The translations under genes were made by a program, and so were the position numbers. Below are positions 49,198-63,725 of a stretch of DNA of 64,000 nt, piece by piece. The notes below the pieces were generated by a model that worked only from the letters and a program-made list of their open reading frames with translations, was not told the origin of the DNA and did not search any database. The first letter of the stretch is position 1. Every line of letters starts with the position of its first letter. Origin of the DNA: Azolla caroliniana (taxonomy: Eukaryota > Plantae > Polypodiophyta); assembly GCA_043228905.1 (NCBI GenBank), contig JBHGNT010000004.1, forward strand, positions 23,002,001 through 23,066,000, in the 5' to 3' direction.

Positions 49198-52100
49198 TTC
49201 ACTCCGGCATGGGATGCCTTACTAGTCCGATTCGCTTCCGGCATGCATCCAGCTTGTCGGGTATTAGTACTTTGGTCAACATATCTGACCCGTTCTCGGC
49301 CGTGTGGATCTTCTTCAGCGCGAACTCCTGGTCATCTACTCTTTCCCAGATCCAGTGATACCTTCACTGGATATGCTTTGTCCGGGAATGGTAGGCCACA
49401 TTCTCAGCAAGGTGGATGGCACTTTGACTGTCACAATAGAGCCGGTATTCATCTTGCCGGATACTGAGCTCTCCGATGAAGTCCTTCATCCATAATATTT
49501 CCTTGCCAGCTTCCACAGCTGCCATGTACTCCGCCTCCGTGGTTGACAGCGCAACCGTCTTCTGCAGCCTCAACTGCCACGAAACAGCTCCCCCTGCATA
49601 TGTCATTACATACCCGGATGTAGACCGGCTGGTATCCACATCAGCCGACATGTCCGAATCGGTAAAACCGTCAAGTTGAGGTTTACCGGAGCCGAATCGG
49701 AGACACATGTTCGAAGTGCCCTTCAAGTACCGCAGTATCCATTTGACCACGTTCCAGTGCTCCTTGCCAGGATTGCTCATAAACCGGCTCACCACTCTGA
49801 CTGCGTATCCTATATCCGGTCGGGTACACACCATTGCGTACATTAAGCTCCCGACGGCAGAGGCATATGGAACCTTCATCATATCAGCCTTCTCTGCTTT
49901 CGTCTTCGGGCTTTGCTTACCGGATAACCTACAGTTTGCCGGAAGAGTCGATCCGACCAGTTTCGTATCTGACATGTTGAATCGTTGAAGCACCTTTGTC
50001 ACGTATTTCTCTTGTGACAGCCACAGTTGCTTCGTTGGCCGGTTCCGGATGATATGCATCCCCAGCATCTGTCTTGCCGGACCCAAGTCTTTCATCGTGA
50101 AGGTTCGGTTGAGAGCCTTCTTCAGCATCCGTATTTTGGCTTGGTCCCGTCCAACGATCAACATGTCGTCCACGTACAGAAGGAGTATCAGGAAGTCGCC
50201 TCCTTCAAACTTCTTCACAAACACACAGTGATCGGCCTGCGTCTTGTGGTACCCTTGATCGGTCATGAAGGAGTCTAACTTCCGGTACCATTGTCGGGGA
50301 GCCTGCTTCAACCCGTAGAGGCTCTTCTTCAACCGGCAAACCAGGCGCTCCTTCCCTTTCTCCACGAATCCTTCCGGTTGCTGCATGTAGATCTCCTCTT
50401 CGAGGTCACCGTGAAGGAATGTCGTCTTCACGTCCAGCTGCTCTACCTCGAGGTCCATGCTTGCCGCTATACTCAGCACCGTCCGGATGGAGGTCATCTT
50501 TACTACCGGGGAAAATATCTCGTTGAAGTCCACGCCCTTCTTCTACTGGAACCCCTTCACCACGATCCTGGCTTTGTATCTCGGGGGGTTGTCGGCATCT
50601 CCCGATTTCAACTTGTACACCCACTTGTTTCGGAGTGCCCGCTTTCCTTTCGGCAACTCCACCAATTTGTATGTATGGTTCTCATACAAGGAATCCATCT
50701 CATCCTGCATGGCACTTAACCATTTTCGGCTATGGGTGTCATCCTTCGCTTCTTCGAAGCTTTCTGGCTCCCCCTCATCGGTTAGCAACACATGCTCTGC
50801 ATCCAAAAATCTCCGGGGGCCCCTTCTCTCTCTGAGAGGATATCTCCGTCTCTGGGCTTCGATAACTGGCTCCTCCATTTGCTCTTCATCCGAATCCGAT
50901 TCGGGGTCTTGGCCGGTTCCGGTTTCAGCTTCCTCTACTTCTTCTTCTGCCGGTTCGGTATCTTCACTATAACCGGCTGGTTCCGCGAGTGCTAACCGGT
51001 CTCTTGCCGGTTGGGTCTACTCATCGTAGAATCGATCCTTACCGGTTGACTCGGAGTTCATTATCTTCTTCTCCAACTCCCAGTCGGCAAGCGTCTTGTC
51101 CTCCATGAAGATAATATCTCGACTCCAGAATACCTTCTTGTCGACCGGGTCCCACACTCAGTAGCCGAACTCGTCGTCGTCGTAACCAAGGAATATGCAT
51201 GGCCGGGTCTTTGGATCTAACTTTCCTCTCCAGTCCTTAGCTACATGCACGTATCCGAGACACCCGAACACCTTTAGATGCCGGTAGGACACTTCCTACT
51301 GGTCCACACCTTCTGCGGTGTGTCTCCATCCAAGGGCACTGAGGGTGATCTGTTTATCACATACGTCGCTGTCAACAACGCCTCAGCCCAAAACGTCTTG
51401 GGTAACTTTGCATGCGCCAGCATACTCCGGACCCTCTCCATTATGGTCCAGTTCATCCTCTCGGCCAGCCCATTTAGTTCCAGCGTCTTCGGCACGGTAA
51501 ATTCGAACCGGATTCCCTTCGAGCGACAGTACTCCTCGAACTGCCCCCGGTATTCACCTCCGTTATCTGCTCGAACCGCCTTCAGCTTTCGGCCGGTTTC
51601 TCTTTCCACTCTCGTGTGGAGCTCTTTGAAGACGGATAACACCTAATCCTTCGTCTTCAACAGTGTGGCCCATAGCTTCCGGCTGTCCTCATCTATGAAC
51701 GTCATGAAGTACTGCGATCCTGCATGTGACTTCGTGTCCACTTGACACACATCAGTATGCACCAACTCTAGTGGTGCATTACGTCTCATCGGTGGCCTCG
51801 ATCGGAAGGAGGTCCGGCTTTGCTTTCCGGCCAGACAATCACTGAACTTCTCCAAGTGCACGTTCTTCACTGGAATGAGGTTGTCGTCTACAAGCCTCTT
51901 CATCCTCTTCTCGCTCATGTGCCACAGCTCACCGACAGTGTCGAATGCCATGTTCACTTCCTCCGGACATAACCGGGCATTCATCAGGTAAAGCGTGTTT
52001 ACCTTTTGGGCCCGAGCCACAATTAGGCTCCCTTTGCTGAACTTCATAACACCGTTCTGGATGCTACCCGTGTAGCCTTCATCATCTAGCCGACCGGTTG

Positions 52101-53182
52101 ATATCAGGTTCAGATGAACCTCCGGAATGTGTCGGACATCCTTCAGCAGCAGCTTGCATCCGGTTGGTGTTGTCAACCACACGTCTCCTATGCCAACAAT
52201 TCGGCATGTACCTTCATTCCCCATCTGGACACAGCTGTGGTCACCGGCTGAGTAGGATGAGAAGCATTTCCGGTCCGGGGTAAGGTGGAACGACGCTCCG
52301 GAGTCGACCACCCAGGTCATCTCGTCGTGGGCAAGGTTTATCTCACTCTCCTCGGTGATGAGCATCAACTCTTCTTCACTTGCCGCGATTGCCGTCGTTC
52401 CCTTCCGGTCCGGTACCGTCGGTTTCCTTGTCTTTCCGGAAATGCCGACAGTTCTTCTGGAAGTGTCCCGGCTTGCCGCAATAGAAGCAAGTAGGCCTCC
52501 CCCTTGACTTTGACCGTGTCCCCGACTTTTCCCAGTTCTAGGGACTACGGTTTTTATGTCTTCCGCGTTCCGATTCGGTAAGGAGCGCTTTGGTGTTGGA
52601 GCTCGTATCCTTATCTTTCCAACACGCCTCCTCATCTAGCAAGCTCGACTTGACTCTTGCTAGGGATAACCGTTTCCCTTCCAGCCCAGCGTTGCCCAAA
52701 GTGACAACCAACGTCTCCCAGCTATCCGGGAGGGAACCGAGCAAGAGTAGCGCTAGTACCTCATCGGCGAGAGGTACTTCCAATGATGTTGCCTAATGGA
52801 TCAGCCCCTGGAAGGCATTCATGTGCTCCGCCATGTTGGAGCCATCTTGGTACCAGAGTCTTACTAGCTTCCGAAATACCGAAACCTGATTGACAACATT
52901 TTTATTCTGAAACATAATGCCGATCTTCTCCCAGAGCTCATGAGCCTTTCTCTCTTCATTGAAGTTGTTGTATAGGCTCATGTCGATGAAGCACCGTATG
53001 TAAGCCGTTGTCTTCATGTGCATCACTTCCCATATCGCGGCGTCGATTTTGTCCAGTCTCTTGTCCCCGAACTAAACCGGCAGCTAAAGGTCTTTAACCA
53101 CGAGCATGTCCCTCATCTTCGACTTCCACACCGAATAGTTGGAGCCGGTGAGCTTGAACATGACTCCCAACGAATCGTCCAT
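49198..53182 (-). pseudogene. Copia-4 gag-pol with stops and frameshifts
   Basis: ORF fragments 52793-53026, 51643-52635, 51274-51642, 50543-50878, 49364-50533 closely match Copia-1. Confidence 0.93.
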
Positions 53183-53213
53183 TTTTCTGTGTTGCCTTGC
53201 TCTGATACCACTT

Positions 53214-53897
53214 TGACAGGAACTACACGCTCCCTATGCGCAATTCTCGGCCACAACCGAGCTTAGAATCATACACAAAAAGACGGGAATGAATGCACGA
53301 CACAATGAAGAGAAGAGTACACAGGATGTTTACGTGGAAAACCCAAATATGGGAAAAACCACGGCAGCCCACAAACTGCAAACTATCACTATGTCAAAAT
53401 GTACAAAATGGTAAAGCACCGAAGCAACGACCTCGAGCTTTCTATCTTCGCCACAAGTGGCGGTTACAACAGAGGCAACGACCTCTTCCTCTCTCTCACT
53501 CTCTCTGTACACAATTGCACGCTATAATCTTACACCAACAAGAATAACAACAACATCCTCATTCTCTGTTTGCCCTAAGTCCTATTTATACTAATATGAC
53601 TTTTCGGCTATTTACAAATATAGCCCCGATGGACTCTCAGAAACATATTTACGAATATGTCTCTTCATCTAGTGAGCACTCCTCATCCGGCGTGCATCAT
53701 CCGGCGCTTGCCGGGTACTCGTCATCCAGTTCTCACCGGGTCTGCACCATCCGGCTCTCCGTAGTCGGGTACTCGTCATCCGATTCTCACCGGGTCTTCC
53801 GTAGCTGGGTATTCCTCATCTGGTTTCGGCCTCGGCCGAGTTTGCTCATCAGTATTGTTCTTCTCACTTCCCATCCGGAGGGACCTGTTTCCTAACA
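53214..53897 (-). repeat. 5' LTR of Copia-4
   Basis: Adjacent to PBS GCTCTGATACCA. Confidence 0.95.
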
Positions 53898-53964
53898 GAA
53901 TTTGGTTTTATCATAGTTATGTTGTTTTGTGAGTGGGATTATGGTTTTTTTCTCTTGATACCAT

Positions 53965-54497
53965 TTGAATGATTTTGATGCATTATGGTCACAATTACTG
54001 GCTCAGAAAATGATTTTGGATGATGAGCTAAAATGTGTATTTTTGTTATGCACTTTGCCTAGCTCATGGGACACTTTTTGCACCACTACTAGTGCTAGTG
54101 CACCAAATGGAAAATTAGTCTATAATGACATATGTGGAGCACTTTTGGGTGAAGAAATTCGTAGAAAATCTATGATTGCATCACATAATGGAGATGCATA
54201 TAATGTTTTTGATGTTGGTCCTCGCAAGAACCAACACCGTGGTAGAAGCCAAACAAGAAATAGTAGTGGAAATGATAGAGGTAGAAGCAAATCTAGGAAG
54301 AAAAATATGGTGTGTTATTACTGTCATAAAAAGGGACACCTTAAGAAAGATTGTTATGCCCTAAAAAATAAGGAGAAAGATAATGTTAGAGGGCATGGTA
54401 GACAATCTAGTGGTCCCTCTTCCTCGGAGGAAATAGAGGAAGTAAATGCAACATGTGATGAGACTGACATCTTGGTCTTAGATGATGTTAGCACACA
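53965..54497 (+). pseudogene. Old AT-rich Copia gag remnant (Copia-5)
   Basis: LLCTLPSSWDTF, CYYCHKKGHLKKDC. Confidence 0.85.
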
Positions 54498-56418
54498 TGT
54501 TGGGGTGAACATTGTTATGCGGAAGCATGTGTTCGGATCTTATGGCTATGAACAGCAAACAACATACACACACAGAAGATAGAGAAGGTAGATATAGACT
54601 TACACAGATACGAGCTTTAATGGAAAGCTTCTTATTTTTGCACAACGCGTTTTTCTCTCTCAGAGATTACAATCGTCTACTCGTCGTTTTCTTCCTCGTC
54701 TCTCATTACAATGTTAGGTATTCGCTTATATACTAAGCCCTAACTTATTAACGAGTTCACACTCGGACGGATACAACTTGGAAGCAGTCAGCCTTTTATG
54801 CCAACAAACTCCCTCGTAAAAGGACTACTCTTTCTTGCATGTACAAGTGCTTGGTTTTATCTCCCCCGTAAACCTAGATTACAAATTTAACTAGATCTTA
54901 TGTTACAAGTCTGTCGGCAAGTAGCCGAATCGACAGAGGTATAGTATGAGTGTCGGTCAACTCTTACCTTCTACTCCTCGTTTGGCTTTCTTCTGCTCAG
55001 TCGCTTGTCATAGCCCCATCTTCGTCCTTAGCATTCCGAAGCTTTGATCTAGGAGTGGCTTCGTCAGGCAATCAACGATGTTCACCTCGGTGTCGATCTT
55101 CCGAACTTCGAGTTTCTTCTCAGTCACGAGCTCCCGAATATGATGATACCACACCTCAATGTGCTTCGTCTTCACATGGTAGATGGGATTGTTGATGAGG
55201 TGTATTGCGCTCTGTGAGTCGCAATAGATGGTCGGCGTTGGTCAGTCTATTTGGTTTGCAATTCCGAAATCGGCAGATAGTCGATGTAGCCAGATCGCTT
55301 CCTTCGCTGCTTCCGATGCTACTATGTACTCGGCTTCTGTGGTAGACAGAGCCATGCACTCTTGAAGTTTCGACCTCCATGATATCGCACCGCCACCATA
55401 GGTGAAGATGTAGCCTGATGTCGATTTCCGATTCTCCGTGTTTCCGGCATAGTCGGAGTTGGTGTAGCCTTCGATTTCAATTGATGTTGTCAAACCGAAT
55501 GTCAGTTGTGCATCCATGGTTCCTTTCAAATACCTAAGGATGTGCTTGACGGCCTCCCAATGCTTCTTTCCTGGGTTTCACATGTACCGGTTGACCACCC
55601 CTACGGCATAGGATAGGTCGGGTCGGGTCGCCAGTATATGATACTTCCTATTGCCGATGCGTAGGGTATCTTTCCATTAAGCTCTCTCTCCTTGTCCGTT
55701 GCAGGAGAGTCTCTATCCGATAGTTTGATCGACATCGGAAGCGGTGTCCGTGTTGGCTTCGCGTTCTCCATGTTGAAGCGCTTTAGCACCTTGCGGATGT
55801 GGTCGGATTGGGAGAGTCAGAGAGTCCTGGTCATCTGATTTCGCTCTAACCTCATGCCCAATATGTGTCAGGCTTGTCCAAGTTCCTTCATCGCAAACTT
55901 TCTGTAAAGGCTCCTCTTGAGCTTTCCAATCTCTGCTTGATTGCTCCTTGCAATCAACATGCCGTCGACATAAAGGATCAGATAGATCCTGGACTCGTCG
56001 GCCAATTGCCGAACATACATGCAGGGGTCGGAGTCTGATCTGTTGTATCCAAGATACCTTATGTGGGAGTCGAACTTCTGGTACCACATTCTCGGCGCTT
56101 GTTTGAGGCCATATAGGCTTTTCTTTAGTCTGCATACGAGGTGAGTGTCCTCCCCCATCGCCGTGAAGCCTGCCGGTTGAGACATGTATATGTCTTCTTC
56201 CAGATCTCCGTGTAGGAATGTCGTCTTTACGTCCATCTGCTCGAGCTCTAGGTCTTCTATCACTACGACTCCTAGTAGGAGTCGAAGGGTGGTCATCTTG
56301 ACTACTGGTGAGAATATCTCATCGTAGTCGACCCCGTATTCCTGTTCGAATCCTTTCGCGACAAGCCGAGCTTTGTACTTGGGTTTCTCTGAGTCGGATA
56401 CATACTTGTATCGGAACA

Positions 56419-56862
56419 TGATGTGAAATATCCAAATATTACTCAGCCACAACCGAGTCTCAGATCATGTCATTTAGAATCGAAACACCGAGAATGGGAA
56501 TGGAAGGTAAATACACATATATGCACACACACTGTAAACAAGAGAGTACACGAGATGTTAACGTGGAAAACCCTGAGAGGGAAAAACTGACGTGAATATG
56601 CGGAATATTGCTAGGCCACAACCGAGTCTTAGGATCAACCACAGAAAGATGGGAATAATGAGAAGTACAGGTATACACACACAAACAATAGATCAATAGA
56701 GAGTACACAGGATGTTAACGTGGAAAACCCTAAACGGGAAAAACCACGGGAGCCCACTAGCTCCAACTATCAGTATGTCCAGAAGAATACAACAAGAACA
56801 CAGAGGTGGCGACCTCATGCTCCCAGTCTTCGCCAACAGGTGGTTACAACAGAGACTGTTCA

Positions 56863-56902
<40 letters not shown>

Positions 56903-59490
56903 TACGCTCTATACAGTAGTTACACCAAAAATGCAACACTATCCTCTGTTTGCCCTAGGTCAAATTTATACTAATATGACTTTGGGCTATTTACAAATGT
57001 AGCCACAATGGGCTAACAGAGACATGTTTACATATATGTCCCTTCATCCGGTGAGAGGTTCTCACCGAGCCTACGTCATCCGGTTCTCACCGGGTCTTCC
57101 TTGCCGAGTACTCATATCTGGTTCTCAACAGGTCTTCCTTGCCGAGTACTCATATCCCATCCGGAGGGACTGAAATCCTAAAAAACTCCCCCTTCACTCT
57201 GGCATGAGATGTCTCGTCAATCCGATCCTCTTCCAGCATGCATCCAGCTTGTCGGGTGTCAGCACTTTGGTCAGCATATCTAACCTGTTCTCCTCTGTGT
57301 GGATCTTCGTCAGCATGAACTCTCAATCTTCCACTCTCTCCCGGATCCAGTGGTACCTCCGCTGGATGTGCTTCGTCCTGGAATGATACACCGCGTTCTT
57401 CGCAAGGTGGATGGCACTTTGAATATCGCAATAGAGCCGGTATTCCTCCTGCCGGATCCCTAGCTCTTCGATGAAGTCCTTCATCCATAGTATTTCCTTG
57501 CCGGCTTCCACAGCTACCATGTACTCCGCTTCCGTGGTTGACAACGCAACCGTCTTCTGCAACCTCGATTGCCACGAAACAGCTCCCCCTGCATACGTCA
57601 TGACGTATCCAGATGTTGATCGGCTGATATCCGCATCGCCGACATATCCGAATTGGTGAAACCGTCAAGTTGGGGTTTACCGGAGCCGAATCGGAGAAAC
57701 ATACTTGAGGTGCCTTTCATCGGTGGCCTTGATCGGAAGGAGATCCGGTTTTGCTTACCGGCCAGGCAATCGGTGCACCTCTCAAGATGCACGTCCTTCA
57801 CCGGAATGAGGTTTTCATCGGCAAGCCTCCTCATCCCGTTCTCGCTCATGTGACACTGTCTCTTGTGCCACAACTCAGCGGTAGTGTCGGATGTCACGTT
57901 CACTTCTCCCCGGCATAACCGGGCATTCATCAGTTACAGTGTGTTGACTTTCCAGGCCCCAGCCACTATCAGGCTCCCTTTGTTGAACTTCATGACACCG
58001 TTCCGAATGCTACCCATGTAGCCTTCATCATCTAGCCGACCGACTGATATCAGGTTCAATCGAACCTTCGGAACGTGTCGAACATCCTTTAGCAGCATCT
58101 TGCATCTGGTTGGTGTTGTCAACCACACGTCTCCTATGCCAACAATTCGGCATGTACCTTCATTCCCAATCCGGACGCATCCGTGCTCACCGGTTGTGTA
58201 AGATAAGAAGCATTTCTGGTCCGGGGTCAGGTGGAACGACGCCCCGGAATCGACAACCCACATTGTCTCGTTGCCATCAAGGTTCAACTCACTCTCCTTG
58301 GTGATGAGCATCAACTCTTCTTCACTTGCCACGATTGTCGTTGTTCCCTTCCGGTCCGGTCCTCTCCAGTCTTTGTTGTTCTGGTACGGTGACCGCTTCG
58401 AGTCGGTACTGTCAGTTTCCTTGTCTTTCTGGAAATGCCGATAGTTCTTCTAGAAGTGCCCCGGCTTGCCGCAATAGAAGCAAGTGGGCCTGCCCCTTGA
58501 CTTTGACCTTGCCCCCGACTTCTCCCGGTTCTGGGGGCTCCAGTTCCTTTGTTTTCCACGTTCCGATTCAGTAAGGAGAGCTTTGGCGTCAGAGATCACC
58601 TCCTTGTCTTTCCGATGCACCTCCTCATCTAGCAAGCTCGACTTGACTCTTGCTAGGGATAGTTGTTTTCCTTCCGGCCCGGCATTGCCCAATGTGACAA
58701 CTAACGTCTCCCAGTTATCTGGGAGGGAACCGAGCAAGAGTAGTGCTAGTACCTCATTGGTGAGAGGTACTTCCAACGATGTGGCCTGGTTTATCAGCCC
58801 CTGAAAGGCATTCATGTGCTCCGCCATACTGGAGCCATCTTGGTACCGAAGCCACACTAGCTTCTGGAATACCGAAACCTGATTAACAACATTTTTGTTC
58901 TGAAACATAATGTTGATCTTCTCCCAGAGTTCATGAGCCTTACTTTCTTCATTAAAGTTGTTGTACAGGCTCATGTCGATGAAGCACCGGATGTATGCCA
59001 TTGTCTTCATGTGCATCACCTTCCATATCGTGGCATCGATCTTCTACGATCTCTTGTCCCCGAACTGAACCGGCAACCAAAGATCTTTAACCACGAGCAT
59101 GTCCCTCATCTTCAACTTCCACACTGAGTAGTTGGAGTCGGTTAGCTTGAACATGCCGCCAAATGAATCTTCCATTTTCTGTGTCATTTCACTCTGATAC
59201 CAGATTGACGCGAAATATGTGGAATATTACTCAGCCACAACCGAGTCTCAGATCGTGTCATTTAGAATCGAAACACCGAGAATGGGAATGGAGGGTAAAT
59301 ACACGTATATGCACACACACTATAAACAAGAGAGTACACGAGATGTTAACATGGAAAACCCTGAGATGGAAAAACCACGGGAACCCACGTACTCCAAACT
59401 ATCACTATGTCAAAGAATACAACAGGGGGCACAGAGGCAACGACCTCATGCTCACACTCTTCGCCTGGCGGCGGTTACAACAGAGACTCG

Positions 59491-59521
<31 letters not shown>

Positions 59522-59776
59522 TCTCTATACAGCAGTTACAACAACACAAGGAATGACCAACATCCTAAATAGTGTTTGCCCTAGGTCATATTTATACTAA
59601 TATGACTTTAGGACTATTTACAAATATAGCCACTTCATCCGGTGAGGGGTTCTCACCGGGCCTGCGTCATCTGGTTCTCACCAGGTCTTCCTTGCTGGGT
59701 AATCATCATCCGGTTCTCACTGAGTCTTCCTTGTCGGGTACTCATCATCCCATCCGGAGGGACTGAAATCTCAACA
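56419..59776 (-). mobile_element. Chimeric, internally deleted Copia (Copia-7) inserted in Copia-6 RT
   Basis: TSD GAACA/AAACA (56414-56418, 59777-59781); partial LTR-A 56419-56587, LTR-B 56588-57183, RH fused to INT start at ~57718, gag, PBS, LTR-A 59206-59776. Confidence 0.85.
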
Positions 59777-60594
59777 AAACACCCAATTGCAAGGTAGCGG
59801 CTTTCTTCCTATTGGTAGTTCGACCAACTCCCATGTCTGATTCTGATGAATCGAGTCCATTTCGAATTTCATGGCTTGCAACCATGTTTCGGCGTCCGGT
59901 GCGGCCATAGCTTCGTCATACGTGCTTGGTTCGCCTGCATCCATGTAGTTGATGTAATTGAGGCCCGGTTGATAAAACTCTGTTTACCTTCAAGCTCATC
60001 CAGATCTCCTAGGTGCCGTAATATCTAGTTCGGATTCTTCGATCGGTTCTTTTTAACAATCAGCATTTGTTGAACCAGTTGAGTCAGGAATCTTGTTCGG
60101 TATTCCGCCCCTGGTTTGGAATTTCGGCAGTGTCTAGTTGTTCTCCCTTGTGGTTGTCATTGACTCGGTTCTGACTTGCCTCTTAGTGACTCTTCCTTTG
60201 TCGACTCTTTTAGATTCGGCTTTGTCTTTGAGTTCGACGTTGGGACTTATGGCCGATTCAATGTCGGATGGGACGTTGTCGACTGGTTGGAGTTCAACTG
60301 TTTGTTGACTCTCTGATTCAGCCCGGTGGGTCGATCTTTCTACGATGACGTTGTCATCTTCGAAGGATACCTTCTTGCCCACTGTTTTCTGCTACTTCCG
60401 TTGAGAGAAGATGGAGTCTTCATTGAAGACTACGTCGTTGCTCCAGATCGATTTCCGGTTCTCAAGGTCCCATAATCGGTAGCCAAAGTCCCCATCGGTT
60501 CCATAACTGAGAAATATGCACTTTGTTGCATGGGGTGCCAACTTCGTCCTTTTGTCCCTACGGATGAACGCGTAGGCTTCACATCCGAATATAC

Positions 60595-60987
60595 TGTTAC
60601 AAAACAAGTCCCTCCGGATGAGGAGTACCCGGCAATAGAAGACCCGGTGAGAACCGGATGATGAGTGCCCGGCAACGGAAGACCCGGTGAGAACCGGATG
60701 AGGAGTACCCGGAAACGGAAGACCCGGTGAGAACCGGATGAGTACCCGGCTACAGAAGACCCGGTGAGAACCGGATGACGTGTGCCCGGCAAGGGCCGGA
60801 TGATGCAGGCCCGATGAGGAGTGTTTACCGGATGAAGGGACATATTTGTAAATATGTTTCTGAGAGTCCATCAGGGCTATATTTGTAAATAGCCGAAAAG
60901 TCATATTAGTATAAATATGACTTAGGGCAAACTTTAGTGGATGTTGTTGTCATTCTTGGTTGCGCAAGATTAGAGCGTGTAACTGTG

Positions 60988-61025
<38 letters not shown>

Positions 61026-61299
61026 GAGGTCGTTGCTTCTGTTGTAACCGCCGCCTGTGGCGAAGATAGCAAGCTCGAGGTCGTTACCTCGGTGCTTCAC
61101 AATTGTACATTCTGATATAGTGATAGTTTGCAGTCTGTGGGCTGTCGTGGTTTTTCCCTAGTTTGGGTTTTCCACGTTAACATCTTGTGTACTCTTTTCT
61201 CTCCTTTGCGTCGTGTATTCATTCCCCGTTTTTTTCTGTGTTTGATTCTAAGCTCGGTTGTGGCCGAGCATTGTTCATCGAAGCGTGTAGTTCCTGTCA
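60595..61299 (+). repeat. Solo LTR of the Copia-4 family
   Basis: TG...CA, perfect TSD TATAC (60590-60594, 61300-61304), inverted homolog of 48505-49188. Confidence 0.93.
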
Positions 61300-63725
61300 T
61301 ATACGGAGCCTATTGTAGGGCACTTCAAGCCTAATTGATCTTGACGGTTCTAGATTTATCAGGTACACTGTCGTCTGCAATGCCTCAGCCCAGAATTCCA
61401 GCTTCAGTCCGGCTTGCTTGAGCATTGTCATCACCCTCTCCTGGATCGTTCGGTTGATCCATTCAGCCACCCCATTCTGCATGGGTCTATAAGGAATGGT
61501 CTTTTGATGCCAGATCCCTTTTTTGGACAAGTACTATTTGAAGGCTCTGGAGGTGTACTCACCTCCATTGTCAGATTGGAGTGTCTTCACTCTGTGTCCC
61601 GACCGGTTCTCCACTTCAGATATCCATCGAGTGAAGACCTCGAGCGCTTCATCTTTGGACTTGATGGAGTATGCCCAAACTTTCCATGTACAGTCATCTA
61701 CGAATGTGATGAAGTACCGGGAGCTTCCTAGTGATCGCTCTTGCATGGGCCCACATATGTCTATGTGCACGAGCTCTAGGGGTTGTCGTACCGTCCCGTA
61801 GTGGAGAGAGTGCGGACTTCGGGTTTGTTTCCCATATCGACAATGCTCGCAGAAGTCCGTCTTTGCCTGGAGTTTCGAGATGTAGCCGACCGACATCAGC
61901 CGATCAAGTCCGGCTTGTGACATATGGCCGAGTCAGCCATGCCATAGGTTTGGGTCGGTCTTTTCAGCTACGTTCACGGCCCCTTCGGGGTTGATCGCCA
62001 TCAATGGGTACAGATTGTTGTACTTGTACACACTCCCGATTTTTAGGTTTCCTCGGCTGATCACCCATGTCAACTCGTGTAGAGTCGTTCGATACCCGTC
62101 TTCGGCTAACATGTCAATGGAGACTAGACTCCTCTTTAGATCAAGTATGTGCCAAACTCGGTGCAGGGTTATTGTGTTGCCATTTGGCAATCTGATGGGA
62201 ACCTCCCCAGTTCCGGCTATCTTGCACTCCTTCCCGTTTCCCAGTCGGACTGTGCCGCTGGCGTCGGCTGAATAGTTCGAGAATCATTCAACGTTGGGGG
62301 TCACGTGAAATGTGGCACCAAAGTCTAGTAGCCACGTGTGTGCAACTTGTGCACTGTAGAGGACTTCTCCTATCATCGAATCTTCAAGGGAGAGGACTAC
62401 TCTGATCATCGAATCCTCTAGGGAGAGGATTTCTCCGGATCGGGTGTCGGCAACATTGATCTGGTTGCCGATTGGAGAGTGGTCCGAGTCGGAACGTCCC
62501 CAATTCCGCTCAGATCGCCGACCACTCTCTTTTCTTTTTATTTACCAACAGTCGGAAACATTATGGCTAGCTTTCTTGCAGTGTGTGCAATACTCGCTTG
62601 TTTGGCCCGTTTTCGACTTCAACCGCTGTCAGTCTCCCCTCGTTCTCGATCGACTATATCGTCGACTGGTTCTATCAGCTTGTTCTTTCGGTCAAACAAC
62701 TCGGTTGAGTGGTGGGCTTCTTCCAACTCATCGATGGTTAGTCCCATCAATTTTTGCCTAATGTCCTCTGTCAGGACTTGGTTGGTTGTTTCGTCCAAAT
62801 TCAGGATTGGTCGGCTATTGGTGTATGCCGTACATAATACCTCCCAACTCGACGGCAAGCTCGATAGGAGGGCAAGGGCTTTCACTTCTTCTTCAAAGTT
62901 GATCCCTTGATATGAGAGCTCTGACAACACCCTGTTGAAGGTGTTGATGTGGGAGGTTGCCGAATCGGTCTCTTTCATCTTCATGTTGAACAATTGTTTG
63001 ATCAATATCAGTTTTGAAGATGAGGACTTCTTCTCATATACGGCCGGTAATTTCTCCCACAATGAGAACGTTCTCATCTCTCTCGCCATGCTGAAATAGA
63101 CATTCAGCCAAATGCATTCAGATGGTGGAGCGTGTTATTTCTTCCATTGATCTCCACCCTTCTGTTGTCATCGAAGCAGGCTTTTCGTTATGCCGAATGG
63201 CTTCGACCTGTCTTCGGATAACCAGCACATCCTGCATCATCTCTTTCCACAGGGAAAAGTTTTTGTCGTCGAACTTTCTGATTTCAACTCCTATTCCGGA
63301 TGTTGAAGCCATATTCTTTCTGTGGATTTGATGTTTCTGACCTAGTCTTTTCTTTTAGTTTCTTCTTCTGCTATCCGTTGCCGCCGCACAGTAGAACACA
63401 GCTCTGATACCACTTGTTGGTTAATGTCGACTGTTATGCGAAAGTGTGTGTTCGGATTTTATGGCTATGAATAGCAAACAACATACACACACAGAAGATA
63501 GAGAAGGCAGATATAGACTTACACAGATACGATCTTTAATGGAAAGCTTCTTATTTTTGCACAACGCGTTTTTCTCTCTCAGAGATTACAATCGTCTGCT
63601 CGTCGTCTTCTTCCTCGTCTCTCATTACAATGTTAGGTATTCGCTTATATACTAAACCCTAACTTATTAACGAGTTCACACTCGAACGGATACAACTTGG
63701 AAGCAGTCGGCCTTTTATGCCAACA

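Larger units (their letters stand above)
48505..53897 (-). mobile_element. Ty1/Copia LTR retrotransposon (Copia-4, related to Copia-1), full length, decayed
   Basis: 684-bp LTRs, TSD GAATT (48500-48504, 53898-53902), PBS 53199-53210, PPT ~49190-49200. Confidence 0.96.
54498..63725 (-). mobile_element. Ty1/Copia (Copia-6), ~310-bp LTRs, no matching TSD, two nested insertions
   Basis: LTRs 54498-54806 and 63415-63725; PBS 63401-63412; gag from 63312, INT 61.3-61.9 kb, RT/RH 55.0-56.4 kb. Confidence 0.9.
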
